Positions 38,753 to 48,851 are shown, counted from the first letter of the stretch. The stretch: DNA of 61,963 nt from Candidatus Methylomirabilia bacterium (GCA_041497895.1 JBGQHJ010000009.1:1-61963); one strand, 5' to 3'. A program made the numbers and translations. Notes: generated by a model not told the origin, from the sequence alone.

Positions 38753-40351
38753 ATGACCCGGTTCCCGCGATCACTGACGATGCTCGGCTTCGCCTTCATC
38801 CTCGCGCTCGGAGCTCTCGGGCCGGCCTCGGCCCAGGAGCAGCCCCGCGCGGGCGGCGAGCTGATCTTCGTGGTCGCGGCCGAGCCGCCCGGCTTCGACG
38901 GGCACCGCGAGGAGACCTTCGCGATGCTCCATCCGACCGCGCCGCACTACAACACCCTGATGCGGGTGGATCCCACCGACCGGACCGGCACCAAGTTCGT
39001 GGGCGACCTGGCCGAGTCCTGGACGGTCTCGCCGGACAAGCGCACCTACACCTTCAAGGTCCGTCGCGGGGTGAAGTTCCACGACGGCAGCCTCATGACC
39101 GCGGCCGACGTGAAGGCCTCCTACGACCACATCATCTTCCCGCCGCCCGGGGTGATCTCGAGCCGCAAGGCCGCCTACCGCGGGGTCGAGTCGGTGGAGG
39201 CCCCGAGCGCGGACACGGTGGTGTTCCGCCTCAAGGCGCCCGAGGCCTCCTTCATCGCCAACGTGTCGTCGCCGTGGAACTACATCTACAAGGCCGAGAT
39301 CCTGGCCAGGGATCCCCACTGGTACGAGAAGAACATCATGGGCACCGGCCCCTTCAAGTTCGTGGAGTACGTGCGGGGCTCGCACTGGGTGGGCAAGAAG
39401 AACCCGGACTACTGGGACAAGGGCAAGCCCTACCTGGATGGTTACCGCGCCATCTTCATCCAGGACGCGGGCGCGCAGGTGGCGGCCATCCGCGGCGAGC
39501 GCGCCATGATCCAGTTCCGCGGGTTCACCCCGTCGCAGCGGGACGGCCTCGTGCAGGCGCTCGGCAACAAGATCACGGTGCAGGAGAGCGCCTGGAACTG
39601 CTCGATCCAGGTGGCGATGAATCAGGAGAAGAAGCCCTTCGGCGACAAGCGGGTGCGCCGCGCGCTCTCGCTGGCGCTCGACCGTTACGCGGGCTCGAAG
39701 GCCCTCTCGCGTATCGCGATCGTGAAGGACGTGGCGGGCATCCAGGTGCCGGGGACGCCGTGGGCCACGCCGCCGGAGGAGCTCCAGAAGCTCGCCGGTT
39801 ACGGCACCGACATCAACGCCGCGCGCGCCGAGGCCCGGCGCCTCCTGAAGGAGGCCGGCGCGGAAGGGCTCTCGTTCACCCTGACCAACCGCGGGGTCCC
39901 GCAGCCCTACGAGCCGGTGGGTATCTGGCTCATCGACCAGTGGCGGCAGATCGGGCTCAACGTGAAGCAGGTGACGCTCGAGTCCGCCGCGTGGCTGCAG
40001 GCCCAGAAGGCGGGCGACTTCGAGGTGTCCACCAACGCCCCGTGCAACTCCATCGTCGAGCCGGACATGGACCTGCACTGGTTCCTGACCACGTCACCGG
40101 TCAACTTCAGCCGCCACAAGGACACGGTGATGGACGATCTCTACCAGCGCCAGTCCCGGAGTACCGACCCGGAGGAGCGCCGCAAGCTGCTGCGCACCTT
40201 CGAGAAGCGCCTCTACGACGACGAGGTGCACTACATCATGACGTTCCAGTGGAACCGCATCGTGCCGTATCTCTCCAAGGTGCGGGGCTGGTCCATCACG
40301 CCGAGCCACTTCTTGAACTGCCAGCTCGATACGGTGTGGCTGGCGGAGTAA
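38753..40351 (+). CDS. Orphan ABC transporter solute-binding protein, family 5 (peptide/nickel)
   Basis: Signal peptide, 'DLAESW', 'GVKFHDG', 'GTGPFK' and 'RVRRAL'. Confidence 0.9.
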   Translation: MTRFPRSLTMLGFAFILALGALGPASAQEQPRAGGELIFVVAAEPPGFDGHREETFAMLHPTAPHYNTLMRVDPTDRTGTKFVGDLAESWTVSPDKRTYTFKVRRGVKFHDGSLMTAADVKASYDHIIFPPPGVISSRKAAYRGVESVEAPSADTVVFRLKAPEASFIANVSSPWNYIYKAEILARDPHWYEKNIMGTGPFKFVEYVRGSHWVGKKNPDYWDKGKPYLDGYRAIFIQDAGAQVAAIRGERAMIQFRGFTPSQRDGLVQALGNKITVQESAWNCSIQVAMNQEKKPFGDKRVRRALSLALDRYAGSKALSRIAIVKDVAGIQVPGTPWATPPEELQKLAGYGTDINAARAEARRLLKEAGAEGLSFTLTNRGVPQPYEPVGIWLIDQWRQIGLNVKQVTLESAAWLQAQKAGDFEVSTNAPCNSIVEPDMDLHWFLTTSPVNFSRHKDTVMDDLYQRQSRSTDPEERRKLLRTFEKRLYDDEVHYIMTFQWNRIVPYLSKVRGWSITPSHFLNCQLDTVWLAE

Positions 40352-40394
40352 GGCGCGAGGCGGCCTCTCGGGCCCCGTAGCGGCGATCCCGGGG

Positions 40395-43300
40395 TCAAGC
40401 GCGAGCCAGCGCCACATGGATGCGCGCCCCCTCGAGGTCGACCTCGCGTGCCGTCCAGTCCTCGGGCGGAGACCCGCAGCGCAGCTCCACCGCGAGGGTC
40501 TCGCCGCAGATGTAGCGCGAGTGCTCCTCGATCGCCTCGGCGACCTCGCCGTGGGCATCCACCGAGACGCGGATGCGGTCGTCGACGTCGAGCCTGGCTT
40601 CCTTGCGCATCAGCTGGATCTGATGGACGAGCTGGCGGGCCAGGGCCTTTCGCTGGAGGTCGGGCGTCATCGTGGTATCGAGGGCGATCATCACGTCCCG
40701 GTCGGCGGCGGCCGCGAAGCCGTCCCGGCCCGCCACGGTGAAGCGGAGATCTGCCCACCCGAGCCTGACCTCGACGTCACCCACCGCGACGGTGACGGCG
40801 CCGGCGGCGAGCAGCGCGTCGCGGACGATCCGGCCCGGCCGCGCCGCCAGGGCCGCGCGGAGGGCGGGGACGGCATTCGGCGGTAGCGTCGAGGTGTCGT
40901 CCATGTCGAGCTCCACCGAGATGGCGACCCGGTCGTCGAGGCTCGCCACGGTCTCGAGGTGCTCCACGTTCAGCTCGTCGAGGATATCCCGCTCGAAGGC
41001 CCGGGCCGCGCGCTCCACATCGGGGGACGCCAACAGGAGGGCCCGCCCGAGGGGCTTGCGAACCTTGAGGCCGGCGGCATTGCGGGCCGCGAGCCCCACG
41101 CTGAGGACTCGTCGGGCCGCCTCCACCTGGGCTTCGAGGGCGGGCTGGGAGCGCGCGGGATCGGGCTCCGGGAACGGAGTGAGATGGAGGCTGACGGGCG
41201 CGTCCGGCGATACCGCGCGCACGAGGTTCTGGTAGACGTGTTCGGTGATGAACGGCATGACCGGGGCGAGAAGCTGGCACACCCGCACCAGCACGTGGTA
41301 GAGGACCTGGAAGGCGGCCTGCTTCTCGTGGTCGAGGGTGCCCTTCCAGAACTCGCGCCGGCGGCGCCGCACGTACCAGTTCGACAGATCGTCGCGGATG
41401 AACGTATCGACCGCGGTGAGGGCACGCCTCATCTGATAGGTGTCGAGAGCCACGCGCACCTCGACGATCACGGCCTGGAGTCGGCTCAGCAGCCATCGCT
41501 CGATCGGCGCCACGTCGAGCGGTAGGCGGTCCGGTCCCTCGAGCGGGGGCCGGTCGATGTTCGCGTAGGTCACGAACAGGCGGTAGACATTCCAGAACGT
41601 CAGGAACCGCCGCTTGACGTCCCGGGCCGCCTCGAAGCTGAAGCGGATCGGCTCGGTGATGGTCTGCGACGCGAACATGTGGCGGATCACGTCGGGGCCC
41701 ATCTTCTCGAGCGCGTCGTCGAGCCAGATCGCGTTGCCCCAGCTCTTGTGCATCTCGCGGCCGTCGCCGGCGAGCACCCGCTCGTGCGCCAGCACGGTCC
41801 GGTAGGGGCTCGTGCCCTCCATGGCGGTCGACATGAAGAGCAGCGCGTAGAACCAACCGCGGAGCTGGCCCACGGCCTCGACGATGAAGTCGGCCGGGAA
41901 CCAGCGCTCCCATTGCCGGCGATCCTCGAGGTAGTCGAGGGTCGAGAAGGGCACGATGCCGGCGTCGAGCCAGCAGTCGCCGACCTCGGAGACGCGCGGT
42001 ACCGGCCGCGCACAGGCGGGGCACCGGATGACGATGGCGTCGAGCCACGGGCGGTGCAGCTCGGGCAGCGCGTCCACGGCTCCGGGATCCAGAGCCAGCT
42101 CCCGGAGCTCCCGCCGCGAGCCGATCACGGTGAGGCGCCCGCACCCGCACGGGTAGAACGGCAGGGGCAGGCCCCAGTACCGCTTGCGCGAGATGCACCA
42201 GTCGCCCATGTTGGCGAGCCAGTCGTCCATGCGCCGCTCCATGTAGCTCGGGAGCCAGGTGACGCGCTCGTTGGCGGCCCGGGCCAGCGGTCGGATGTCG
42301 GCGGCGCTGAGGAACCACTCGTCCGCAACCCGGAAGATCAGCTCCTGGCCACACCGCCAGCAGGTGGGATAGCGATGCCGGTACGAGGCCCGCGCGAAGA
42401 GCAGGCGGCGCTCCTTGAGCAGGCTCGCGATGGCGGCGGCGGAGTCGGCAACCTCTCTCCCCGAGAGGGGCCCGAAGCCGTCAACGTAGCGTCCTTCCGG
42501 ATCCACGGGCGCGATGACGGGGAGCCGGTGCCGGCGACCGAGATCGAAGTCCTCGAGTCCGCAGCCGGGAGCGATGTGGACGAGCCCGGTGCCTTCCTCG
42601 GCGGACACCTCCTCCCAGGGGATCACGCGGTGGTCCACGCCCCGCTGAGCGGGCAGATCGTCGAACGGTCCGGCATAGGGCAGCCCGACGAGCTCGGCCC
42701 CCTTGAGGATTCGTCTCGGCCGCCCGAGTGCCGGGTAGCGCCGGGCCACCGCGGCGGCGACGTAGTAGATCGCGTTCGCCCCCACGCATTCGGCATAGTC
42801 CAGGTCGGGGTGAACGGCCACCGCGACGTTGGCCGGCAGCGTCCACGGCGTCGTCGTCCACACGAGCAGCCGGTGGCCTGGACGGTCCAGGAGCGGCAGC
42901 GCGATGGTCACCGACTCGTGCGTGAGCTCGGCATAGGCATCCAGCATCTCGTGCTGTGAGATCGAGGTGCCGCACCGCGTACACCACGGCATCGGGCGAT
43001 GGCCCGCGTACAGCCAGCCACGCTCGTGGCAGCGCTTCAGGAAAGCCCAGTTGTACCCGATGTTGGCATCGGACATCGTGAAATAGGAGCTCGGCCAGTC
43101 CATCCACTGGCCCAGTCTCTTGGACTGTTCCGTCTGGACCGCCGCGAAATGCATCACCCGCTCGCGGCAGGCACGGGAGAAGCGCTCGAGACCGAACGAC
43201 TCGATCTCCCGCTTCGAGTCGAACCCCAGTGCCTTCTCGACCTCGACTTCCACCCAGAGCCCCTGGCAGTCGAAGCCGTTCTGGAACCGTTGCTCGTAGC

Positions 43301-43523
43301 CGCACAGCGCGCGGTAGCGCTGGACCACGTCCTTGAACGTGCGCCCCCACGCGTGATGGATACCCATCGGATTGTTGGCCGTGATCGGGCCGTCGAGGAA
43401 GGAGAAACGTCGTCCCCCACGGTTCTGGGCGACGAGACGTGAAAAGACCTGCTCTTGTTCCCAGAACTGCAGCGTGGCGGTCGCGACGGCGACGAAGTCG
43501 AGCGACCCCGGTGTGGTGAACAT
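40395..43523 (-). CDS. ileS: Isoleucine--tRNA ligase, type 2, with non-canonical GIHH and EMHKS motifs
   Basis: 'DGPITAN', 'GFDCQGL', editing-site 'WTTTPWTLPAN', 'DWCISRKRYWG' and 'SNWYVRR'. The C-terminus is IleRS2-type ('RQLVHQIQLMRK...DRI') with no C-terminal zinc finger. GGGGGAGG RBS. Confidence 0.93.
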   Translation of the reverse strand: MFTTPGSLDFVAVATATLQFWEQEQVFSRLVAQNRGGRRFSFLDGPITANNPMGIHHAWGRTFKDVVQRYRALCGYEQRFQNGFDCQGLWVEVEVEKALGFDSKREIESFGLERFSRACRERVMHFAAVQTEQSKRLGQWMDWPSSYFTMSDANIGYNWAFLKRCHERGWLYAGHRPMPWCTRCGTSISQHEMLDAYAELTHESVTIALPLLDRPGHRLLVWTTTPWTLPANVAVAVHPDLDYAECVGANAIYYVAAAVARRYPALGRPRRILKGAELVGLPYAGPFDDLPAQRGVDHRVIPWEEVSAEEGTGLVHIAPGCGLEDFDLGRRHRLPVIAPVDPEGRYVDGFGPLSGREVADSAAAIASLLKERRLLFARASYRHRYPTCWRCGQELIFRVADEWFLSAADIRPLARAANERVTWLPSYMERRMDDWLANMGDWCISRKRYWGLPLPFYPCGCGRLTVIGSRRELRELALDPGAVDALPELHRPWLDAIVIRCPACARPVPRVSEVGDCWLDAGIVPFSTLDYLEDRRQWERWFPADFIVEAVGQLRGWFYALLFMSTAMEGTSPYRTVLAHERVLAGDGREMHKSWGNAIWLDDALEKMGPDVIRHMFASQTITEPIRFSFEAARDVKRRFLTFWNVYRLFVTYANIDRPPLEGPDRLPLDVAPIERWLLSRLQAVIVEVRVALDTYQMRRALTAVDTFIRDDLSNWYVRRRRREFWKGTLDHEKQAAFQVLYHVLVRVCQLLAPVMPFITEHVYQNLVRAVSPDAPVSLHLTPFPEPDPARSQPALEAQVEAARRVLSVGLAARNAAGLKVRKPLGRALLLASPDVERAARAFERDILDELNVEHLETVASLDDRVAISVELDMDDTSTLPPNAVPALRAALAARPGRIVRDALLAAGAVTVAVGDVEVRLGWADLRFTVAGRDGFAAAADRDVMIALDTTMTPDLQRKALARQLVHQIQLMRKEARLDVDDRIRVSVDAHGEVAEAIEEHSRYICGETLAVELRCGSPPEDWTAREVDLEGARIHVALARA

Positions 43524-43573
43524 GCTCGCCTCCCCCTTGTCTGGTCTCGAGTGGCCCGGGTTCTGGCGATGCG

Positions 43574-43607
43574 AAACGAAACGGCCGCCAGGAACCCTGA
43601 CGGCCGT
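43574..43607 (-). terminator. Intrinsic terminator in the ileS leader (attenuator stem 3:4)
   Basis: ACGGCCGTCAGG-GTT-CCTGGCGGCCGT (12-bp stem with one G-U pair) followed by TTCGTTT, about 50 nt upstream of the ileS ATG. Confidence 0.75.
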
Positions 43608-43636
43608 GGGATACGTGAAAGTGGTACTGGCGACCG

Positions 43637-43687
43637 TCAGCTCACATAGGTCTCCGCGCTCATGGCTGACGCACTAATTCGAGGCAT
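43637..43687 (-). CDS. Putative ileS attenuator leader peptide MPRISASAMSAETYVS
   Basis: ATG 6 nt after TGcTATCAT; single Ile codon (ATT) at position 4; the stop codon lies within antiterminator segment 2. Confidence 0.65.
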   Translation of the reverse strand: MPRISASAMSAETYVS

Positions 43688-43693
43688 GGGCCG

Positions 43694-43702
43694 ATGATAG
43701 CA
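43694..43702 (-). promoter_or_regulatory. Extended -10 promoter TGcTATCAT of the ileS leader
   Basis: TGnTAnnnT match, with spacing typical of a leaderless transcript. Confidence 0.6.
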
Positions 43703-43733
43703 CAAAGGGCAACCGGTCGAGGCGCGGCATCGG

Positions 43734-44669
43734 TCAGCCGAGGGTCAGCACCGCCTTGCCCGGGTACTTGCGGGCGATCAGGTCCGCCGCGACCTGGGCG
43801 ATGTCGGCCCACGGGCGCTCCACGCTGATGTGGGGCGCGAGCTGGCCCGCGGCCACCAGGTCGGCGAGCCGGCGCAGGCCGATCGCGGCGGGCTCGTTGC
43901 CGAGCTCGGTGAAGAGATAGAAGCCGTAGAGCTGGGTGCGGCCGGTGGCGAAGAAGGTGCGGGCGTCGAAGGTCACGTCGGCGGAGGCGGACACGCCGAG
44001 GGTCACGCAGACGCCACCCCGCTCGAGCGCGGCGAGCGCGGTGCCGAGCGTGCGGCCGCCGACCGACTCGATCACGAGATCGTACTTGGGCGCGGGCGGG
44101 ATGTCGTCGCCGACCGTGACCTCGTGGGCGCCGAGCTGGCGCACGGCGGCGGTCTGGTCGGCGCGACGGACGGCCGCCGTCACGTGCGCTCCGCCCAGGC
44201 GCGCGAGCTGGACCGCGAAGTCGCCCACGCCGCCGGTGGCGCCGGTGACGAGCACGCGCTTGCCCAGGATCGTCCCGTTCTTGCCGAGGGCGTGGAGCGC
44301 GGTGAGGCCGGCCACCGGGAACGTCGCGGCCTGGGAGAACGTCACCTTGTCGGGCAGCTCGGCGAGGGCGTGGGTCGGCACCGCCGCGCGCTCGGTCCAT
44401 GCGCCTTCGGGCAGGAAGCCGACCACGCGGGCGCCGACCTTGGGGCCGGAGCCGTCGGAGGCGGCGCGCTCGACGGTGCCGGCCAGGTCCCAGCCCGGGC
44501 GCCAGCCCGCGGGGGCCATCGTCGAGCGGCGGACCTCGCCGCGGTTGAGCGAGATGGCGCGCACGCGGACGATGGCTTCGCCGCGATCGGGGGTGGGGGC
44601 GGGGACCGGGCGGATGACGAGGCGGCCGGGGGCTGCGGGGTCCACTACCACGGCTTGGTTGTCGCTCAC
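43734..44669 (-). CDS. MDR family (quinone oxidoreductase-like) dehydrogenase
   Basis: 'ISLNRGE', 'PGWDLAG' and 'VTGATGGVG'; GTG start. Confidence 0.85.
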   Translation of the reverse strand: MSDNQAVVVDPAAPGRLVIRPVPAPTPDRGEAIVRVRAISLNRGEVRRSTMAPAGWRPGWDLAGTVERAASDGSGPKVGARVVGFLPEGAWTERAAVPTHALAELPDKVTFSQAATFPVAGLTALHALGKNGTILGKRVLVTGATGGVGDFAVQLARLGGAHVTAAVRRADQTAAVRQLGAHEVTVGDDIPPAPKYDLVIESVGGRTLGTALAALERGGVCVTLGVSASADVTFDARTFFATGRTQLYGFYLFTELGNEPAAIGLRRLADLVAAGQLAPHISVERPWADIAQVAADLIARKYPGKAVLTLG

Positions 44670-44678
44670 TTGAGTTCT

Positions 44679-44716
44679 CCCCTCACCCTGCCCTCTCCCC
44701 GGAGGGGAGAGGGGGG
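44679..44716. repeat. CCCCTCACCCTGCCCTCTCCCC-GGA-GGGGAGAGGG palindromic repeat (REP-like)
   Basis: 10-bp perfect stem (44691-44700/44704-44713) with a CCCCTCACCC tail; matches a widespread bacterial interspersed repeat type. Confidence 0.75.
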
Positions 44717-44718
44717 TA

Positions 44719-45915
44719 TCAGATGACGCCGTCGCGCTTGAGCTGGTCGATCTGGTCGGGCTTGTAGCCGAGCAGACGGCTGTAGACCTCGGTGTTGTGC
44801 TCGCCCAGGAGCGGCGAGCGCGTCACGTCGGTGGGCGAGTCGGAGAGGCGCACCGGGTTGCCGGGCATCGGGTAGGGGCCGCGGCGCGGGTGCTCCAGGT
44901 CGACGATGAAGCGGCGCTTGCGCAGGTGCGGGTCGGCCAGCACCTCGGTGGAGTCGAGGACCGCGCCGCAGGGGACGCCGGCCCCGGCCATGATCTCCAT
45001 GACCTCGTGCTTGTTCCGCGTCTCGGTCCACGCCTCGATCATCGCGTCGACCTCGTCGACGATCTGCACGCGGTCGCGCCGGTCGTGGTAGCGCGTGTCG
45101 TCGCCCATCTCGGGGCGCCCCACGATCTTCGTCAACGCCTTCCACATGTCCACGGTGGCGCAGTGGATGAAGACGTAGTCGTTGGGGCCCCCGGGGCTGC
45201 AGCGGTAGATGTTGGACGGCGCGGCGGCCGCGGAGCGGTTGCCCTGCCGCGGGGCCGGCTTGCCGGTGGCGTAGCTCTCGCGCAGGTGGATGCGCAGCAG
45301 GTTCACCACCGCCTCCTGCTGGGCCACCTCGACCTGCTGGCCTCGGCCGGTGGCCTGGCGCTGGATGATGGCGGCCAGGATGCCGATCGCGGTGTGCAGG
45401 CCCGCGCCGGTGTCGGCGAGCCCGCCGATGGCCTTGGTGGGCGGGCCGTCGGGCGAGCCGGTCATGCTCATCGCCCCGGCCATGGCCTGGGCGATCCACT
45501 CGAAGCTCTTGTACTCCGCGTAGGGCCCGCCGCCGCCGAAGCCCTTCACCGAGGCCGCGATCAGCCGCGGGTTCAGCCGCTGGAGCGTCTCCCAGCCGAG
45601 TCCCAGGCGCTCCATCGCGCCCGGGCCCATGTTCTCGACGAGAACGTCGGCGGTCTTGACCATTTCCAGGAACATGGCGCGGCCGCGCTCCGACTTGAGA
45701 TTGAGGGTGACGCCCTTCTTGCCCGAGTTGAGCAGCAGGAAGAACCATGCGTCCTCGCCGCGCTTGTCGGAGAGCGCGGTGCGCCCGGGCTCGCCGGTGG
45801 GTGGCTCGATCTTGATGACGTCCGCGCCGAGCCACGCCAGCATCTGGGTGGCGGACGGGCCGGCTTCGTACTGGGTGAGGTCGAGGACGCGGATCCCGGC
45901 GAGGGCCTGGGCCAT
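44719..45915 (-). CDS. Family III CoA-transferase, formyl-CoA transferase-like
   Basis: '[10 protein letters not shown]', 'NSGKK', 'ENMGPG' and Asp in 'LADTG'; directly downstream of an oxc/HACL-like gene. Confidence 0.88.
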   Translation of the reverse strand: MAQALAGIRVLDLTQYEAGPSATQMLAWLGADVIKIEPPTGEPGRTALSDKRGEDAWFFLLLNSGKKGVTLNLKSERGRAMFLEMVKTADVLVENMGPGAMERLGLGWETLQRLNPRLIAASVKGFGGGGPYAEYKSFEWIAQAMAGAMSMTGSPDGPPTKAIGGLADTGAGLHTAIGILAAIIQRQATGRGQQVEVAQQEAVVNLLRIHLRESYATGKPAPRQGNRSAAAAPSNIYRCSPGGPNDYVFIHCATVDMWKALTKIVGRPEMGDDTRYHDRRDRVQIVDEVDAMIEAWTETRNKHEVMEIMAGAGVPCGAVLDSTEVLADPHLRKRRFIVDLEHPRRGPYPMPGNPVRLSDSPTDVTRSPLLGEHNTEVYSRLLGYKPDQIDQLKRDGVI

Positions 45916-45930
45916 GGTCGAGGTCTCCCG

Positions 45931-47577
45931 CTACGTGGTGTAGGCCGAGAAGCGGACGGTCTGCGCCCGGGCCTTCGAGTCGGTGATGACGTTGACCACC
46001 GCCGGCTTGCCCGAGGCGAACGCGCGCTCGAGCGCGGGGCGGATGTCGTGCGGCTTCTCCACGTACTCGCCGTGGGCGCCCAGCTCCTGCGCGACGCGGT
46101 CGTAGCGGGTGTGGCCGAGGTTGCGCCCGGGCTTGGGCAGGGGCCGCGTCCACGGGGCATCCGCGGTCCAGCCGCCGTTGTTGCTGATCACCACCACCAC
46201 CGGGATCTTGTGGCGCACCGCGGTGTCGATCTCCATCGCGTTGATGCCGTAGGAGCCGTCGCCGTGCAGCACCAGCACCTGCGCGTCGGGCTTGGCCACC
46301 TTCGCGCCCACCCCGAAGGGCAGGCCCACGCCCATGGTCCCGAATGCCCCCGAGTTGAGCCGGTGGCCGGCCACGTAGGTCGGGATGGCCTGGCGGCCGA
46401 AGTTCAGGATCTCCTGGCCGTCCACCACCAGGATGGAGTCGCGCCGCACGAAGTCGCGGATCTCCTTGCAGAGGCGCAGCGGGTGGATCGGCGTCTCCTC
46501 CCGGCTCATCGCCTTGTCCTGCTCGGCGCCCTTCTCGGCGTCGAGCGTGCGTAGCTTGCCCGTCCAGGCCGCGTAGCGCTTCGGGCCGAGCTTGCCGTCG
46601 GCCTCCGCGCGCAGCTGCTCGAGCACCGCGCGCGCGTCGCCCGCGATCGGCACGTCCACCGACCGGTTGTGGCCGAGCTGGGTGGGATTGATGTCGACCT
46701 GGATCACCTTGAGATCGGGGGCGAAGCGCGGCGGACGGCCGAACTGGACCACCCAGTTGAAGCGCGTGCCCACCGCCAGCACCACGTCGGCCTCGGTGAA
46801 GGCCTTGCTCCGCGCGTTGAGGAAGGCCAGCTCGTGATCCTCCGGGATCAGGCCGCGCGAGATCGGGGTGGTGTAGAACGGGATGCCGGTGGCCTCCACG
46901 AAGGCCTGGAGCGCGGCGGCGCCGTCGGACCACCACACCCCGCTGCCCGCGATGATCACCGGTCGCTCGGCTCGCGACAGAAGGGCGACGGCCTCGCGGA
47001 CGGCCGATGGATCGCCCAGGGTACGCGGCGCGGGCTTCCAGGGCCCGAGGTAGTGGAGCTGGTCCTCCTCGATCTTCTCGCCGAGGATGTCGCCCGGCAT
47101 GTCGATGTAGACCGGGCCCGGGCGACCGGAGGTGGCCTGGCGGAACGCGGTGTCCACCACGTCCGGGATACGCCGGGCGTCGTAGATGCGCTCCGTCCAC
47201 TTGGTGATCGGCTTCATGAGCGCGACCTGGTCGATCTCCTGGAAGGCCTCCATGCCCAGGTAGACCCGCGGGCTCGACCCGCCGATGGCGACCAGGGGGG
47301 CGCAGTCGGTGAAGGCGTTGGCCACACCGGTGGCCAGGTTGATGGCGCCGGGGCCCGAGCAGCCCATGGCCACTCCGGGGCGCCGGGTCACCCGCGTCCA
47401 GGCGTGGGCGGCCAGGGCCGCCGCCTGCTCGTGGCGGGTGTCGATGGCCCGGATGCCCAGCTTGATGCAGGCGGCCTCGGTCTCCAGCATCGGCCCGCCC
47501 ATCAAGTAGAACATCGTGTCGACGCCCTGCGACCTGAGCGCCTGCGCCAGCACTTCCGATCCGGTGATCGTGGCCAT
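45931..47577 (-). CDS. ThDP enzyme, oxalyl-CoA decarboxylase/2-hydroxyacyl-CoA lyase-like
   Basis: 'RHEQAA', 'SGPG', 'AFQEIDQ', '[13 protein letters not shown]', 'GDGSYG...NNGG' and 'TRYD'. Confidence 0.85.
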   Translation of the reverse strand: MATITGSEVLAQALRSQGVDTMFYLMGGPMLETEAACIKLGIRAIDTRHEQAAALAAHAWTRVTRRPGVAMGCSGPGAINLATGVANAFTDCAPLVAIGGSSPRVYLGMEAFQEIDQVALMKPITKWTERIYDARRIPDVVDTAFRQATSGRPGPVYIDMPGDILGEKIEEDQLHYLGPWKPAPRTLGDPSAVREAVALLSRAERPVIIAGSGVWWSDGAAALQAFVEATGIPFYTTPISRGLIPEDHELAFLNARSKAFTEADVVLAVGTRFNWVVQFGRPPRFAPDLKVIQVDINPTQLGHNRSVDVPIAGDARAVLEQLRAEADGKLGPKRYAAWTGKLRTLDAEKGAEQDKAMSREETPIHPLRLCKEIRDFVRRDSILVVDGQEILNFGRQAIPTYVAGHRLNSGAFGTMGVGLPFGVGAKVAKPDAQVLVLHGDGSYGINAMEIDTAVRHKIPVVVVISNNGGWTADAPWTRPLPKPGRNLGHTRYDRVAQELGAHGEYVEKPHDIRPALERAFASGKPAVVNVITDSKARAQTVRFSAYTT

Positions 47578-47657
47578 GGCCTCTCCTTTTCCTCCACTCT
47601 GCTCCGGGGGGTGCCGAGACTGTAGCAGATGTAGAATGGCCGCGGGAGGGCCCCGAC

Positions 47658-48851
47658 ATGGCCGACGTTCAGTTCAACCCGATGGATCCGGCGTTCGTGG
47701 AGGATCCGTACCCGACCTACCACGTGCTGCGCAGCCAGGATCCGGTCCACCACAGCCCGCTCGGCTTCTGGGTGCTCACCCGCTACGCGGACGTCATCGC
47801 CATGCTGCGCGACCCCCGCCTGATCAAGGAGCCCATCGCCGCCTTCGTGGCCGCGCGCTTCGGCATGGCGGTGCCGCCCGGGCTCGGCCTCTCCATGCTC
47901 GACCGGGACCCGCCGGATCACACCCGGCTGCGGGGCCTGGTCAGCAAGGCCTTCACCCCGAAGGCACTGGAAAGCCTGCGCCCGCGCATCCAGCAGATCG
48001 TGGACGGGCTCCTCGACCAGCTCGAGACCCGGGGCGAGATGGACCTGATCGAGGAGTTCGCGTACCCGCTCCCGGTGATCGTGATCTGCGAGATGCTCGG
48101 GGTGCCGGTGCGCGACCACGAGCGGTTCAAGCAGTGGGGGCTCGACATCGCGCGCGGGCTCGACGCGATCATGCTGCCGCCCGACTCCGAGGTGGGCAAG
48201 CGGAGCATCACCGGCCGTCGGGGCCTCGCGGAGTACTTCCGCGAGCTGATCGCGGAGCGCCGCGCCGCCCCGCGGGAGGACATGCTCTCGGCGCTCATCG
48301 TGGCCGAGGAGGCGGGCGACAAGCTCGACGAGGACGAGCTGCTGGCCACCTGCATCCTGCTGCTGGTGGCCGGGCACGAGACCACCGTGAACCTGATCGG
48401 CAACGGCACGCTCGCGCTCCTGCGCCACCCCGAGCAGCTCCGCCGCCTCCGCGAGGACCCCGCGCTCATCGGCAGCGCGGTCGAGGAGCTGCTGCGCTAC
48501 GACGGCCCGGTGCAGCGAACCGCCCGCATCCCGAGCGAGGACATCACGATCGGCGGGCACACCATTCCCAAGGGCGAGATGGTGATGCCGTTCCTGGGCG
48601 CGGCCAACCGCGACCCCGCCCAGTTCCCGGATCCGGACCGCCTCGACATCACGCGCGCCGACAACCGGCACATCGCCTTCGGCATGGGCATCCACTTCTG
48701 CCTGGGCGCCCCGCTCGCGCGCATGGAGGGCCAGATCGCGATCAACACGCTGCTCCGACGGCTGCCCAAGCTGGCGCTGGCCGGCCAGCGGCCGGAGCAC
48801 CGGCAGAGCCTCACGCTGCGGGGGCTCGTGTCGCTGCCGGTCGCGTTCTGA
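47658..48851 (+). CDS. Cytochrome P450
   Basis: 'DPPDHTRLR', 'AGHETT', ExxR (EELLR) and heme motif '[10 protein letters not shown]'; TAGAAT (47632-47637) and GGAGG upstream. Confidence 0.95.
   Translation: MADVQFNPMDPAFVEDPYPTYHVLRSQDPVHHSPLGFWVLTRYADVIAMLRDPRLIKEPIAAFVAARFGMAVPPGLGLSMLDRDPPDHTRLRGLVSKAFTPKALESLRPRIQQIVDGLLDQLETRGEMDLIEEFAYPLPVIVICEMLGVPVRDHERFKQWGLDIARGLDAIMLPPDSEVGKRSITGRRGLAEYFRELIAERRAAPREDMLSALIVAEEAGDKLDEDELLATCILLLVAGHETTVNLIGNGTLALLRHPEQLRRLREDPALIGSAVEELLRYDGPVQRTARIPSEDITIGGHTIPKGEMVMPFLGAANRDPAQFPDPDRLDITRADNRHIAFGMGIHFCLGAPLARMEGQIAINTLLRRLPKLALAGQRPEHRQSLTLRGLVSLPVAF

Noticed and set aside
43524..43733. T-box riboswitch upstream of ileS
   Set aside because: There is no GGTGGNACC T-box motif or recognisable stem I on the coding (minus) strand. 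The GTGGTAC at 43621 is on the wrong strand. A leader-peptide attenuator fits better.
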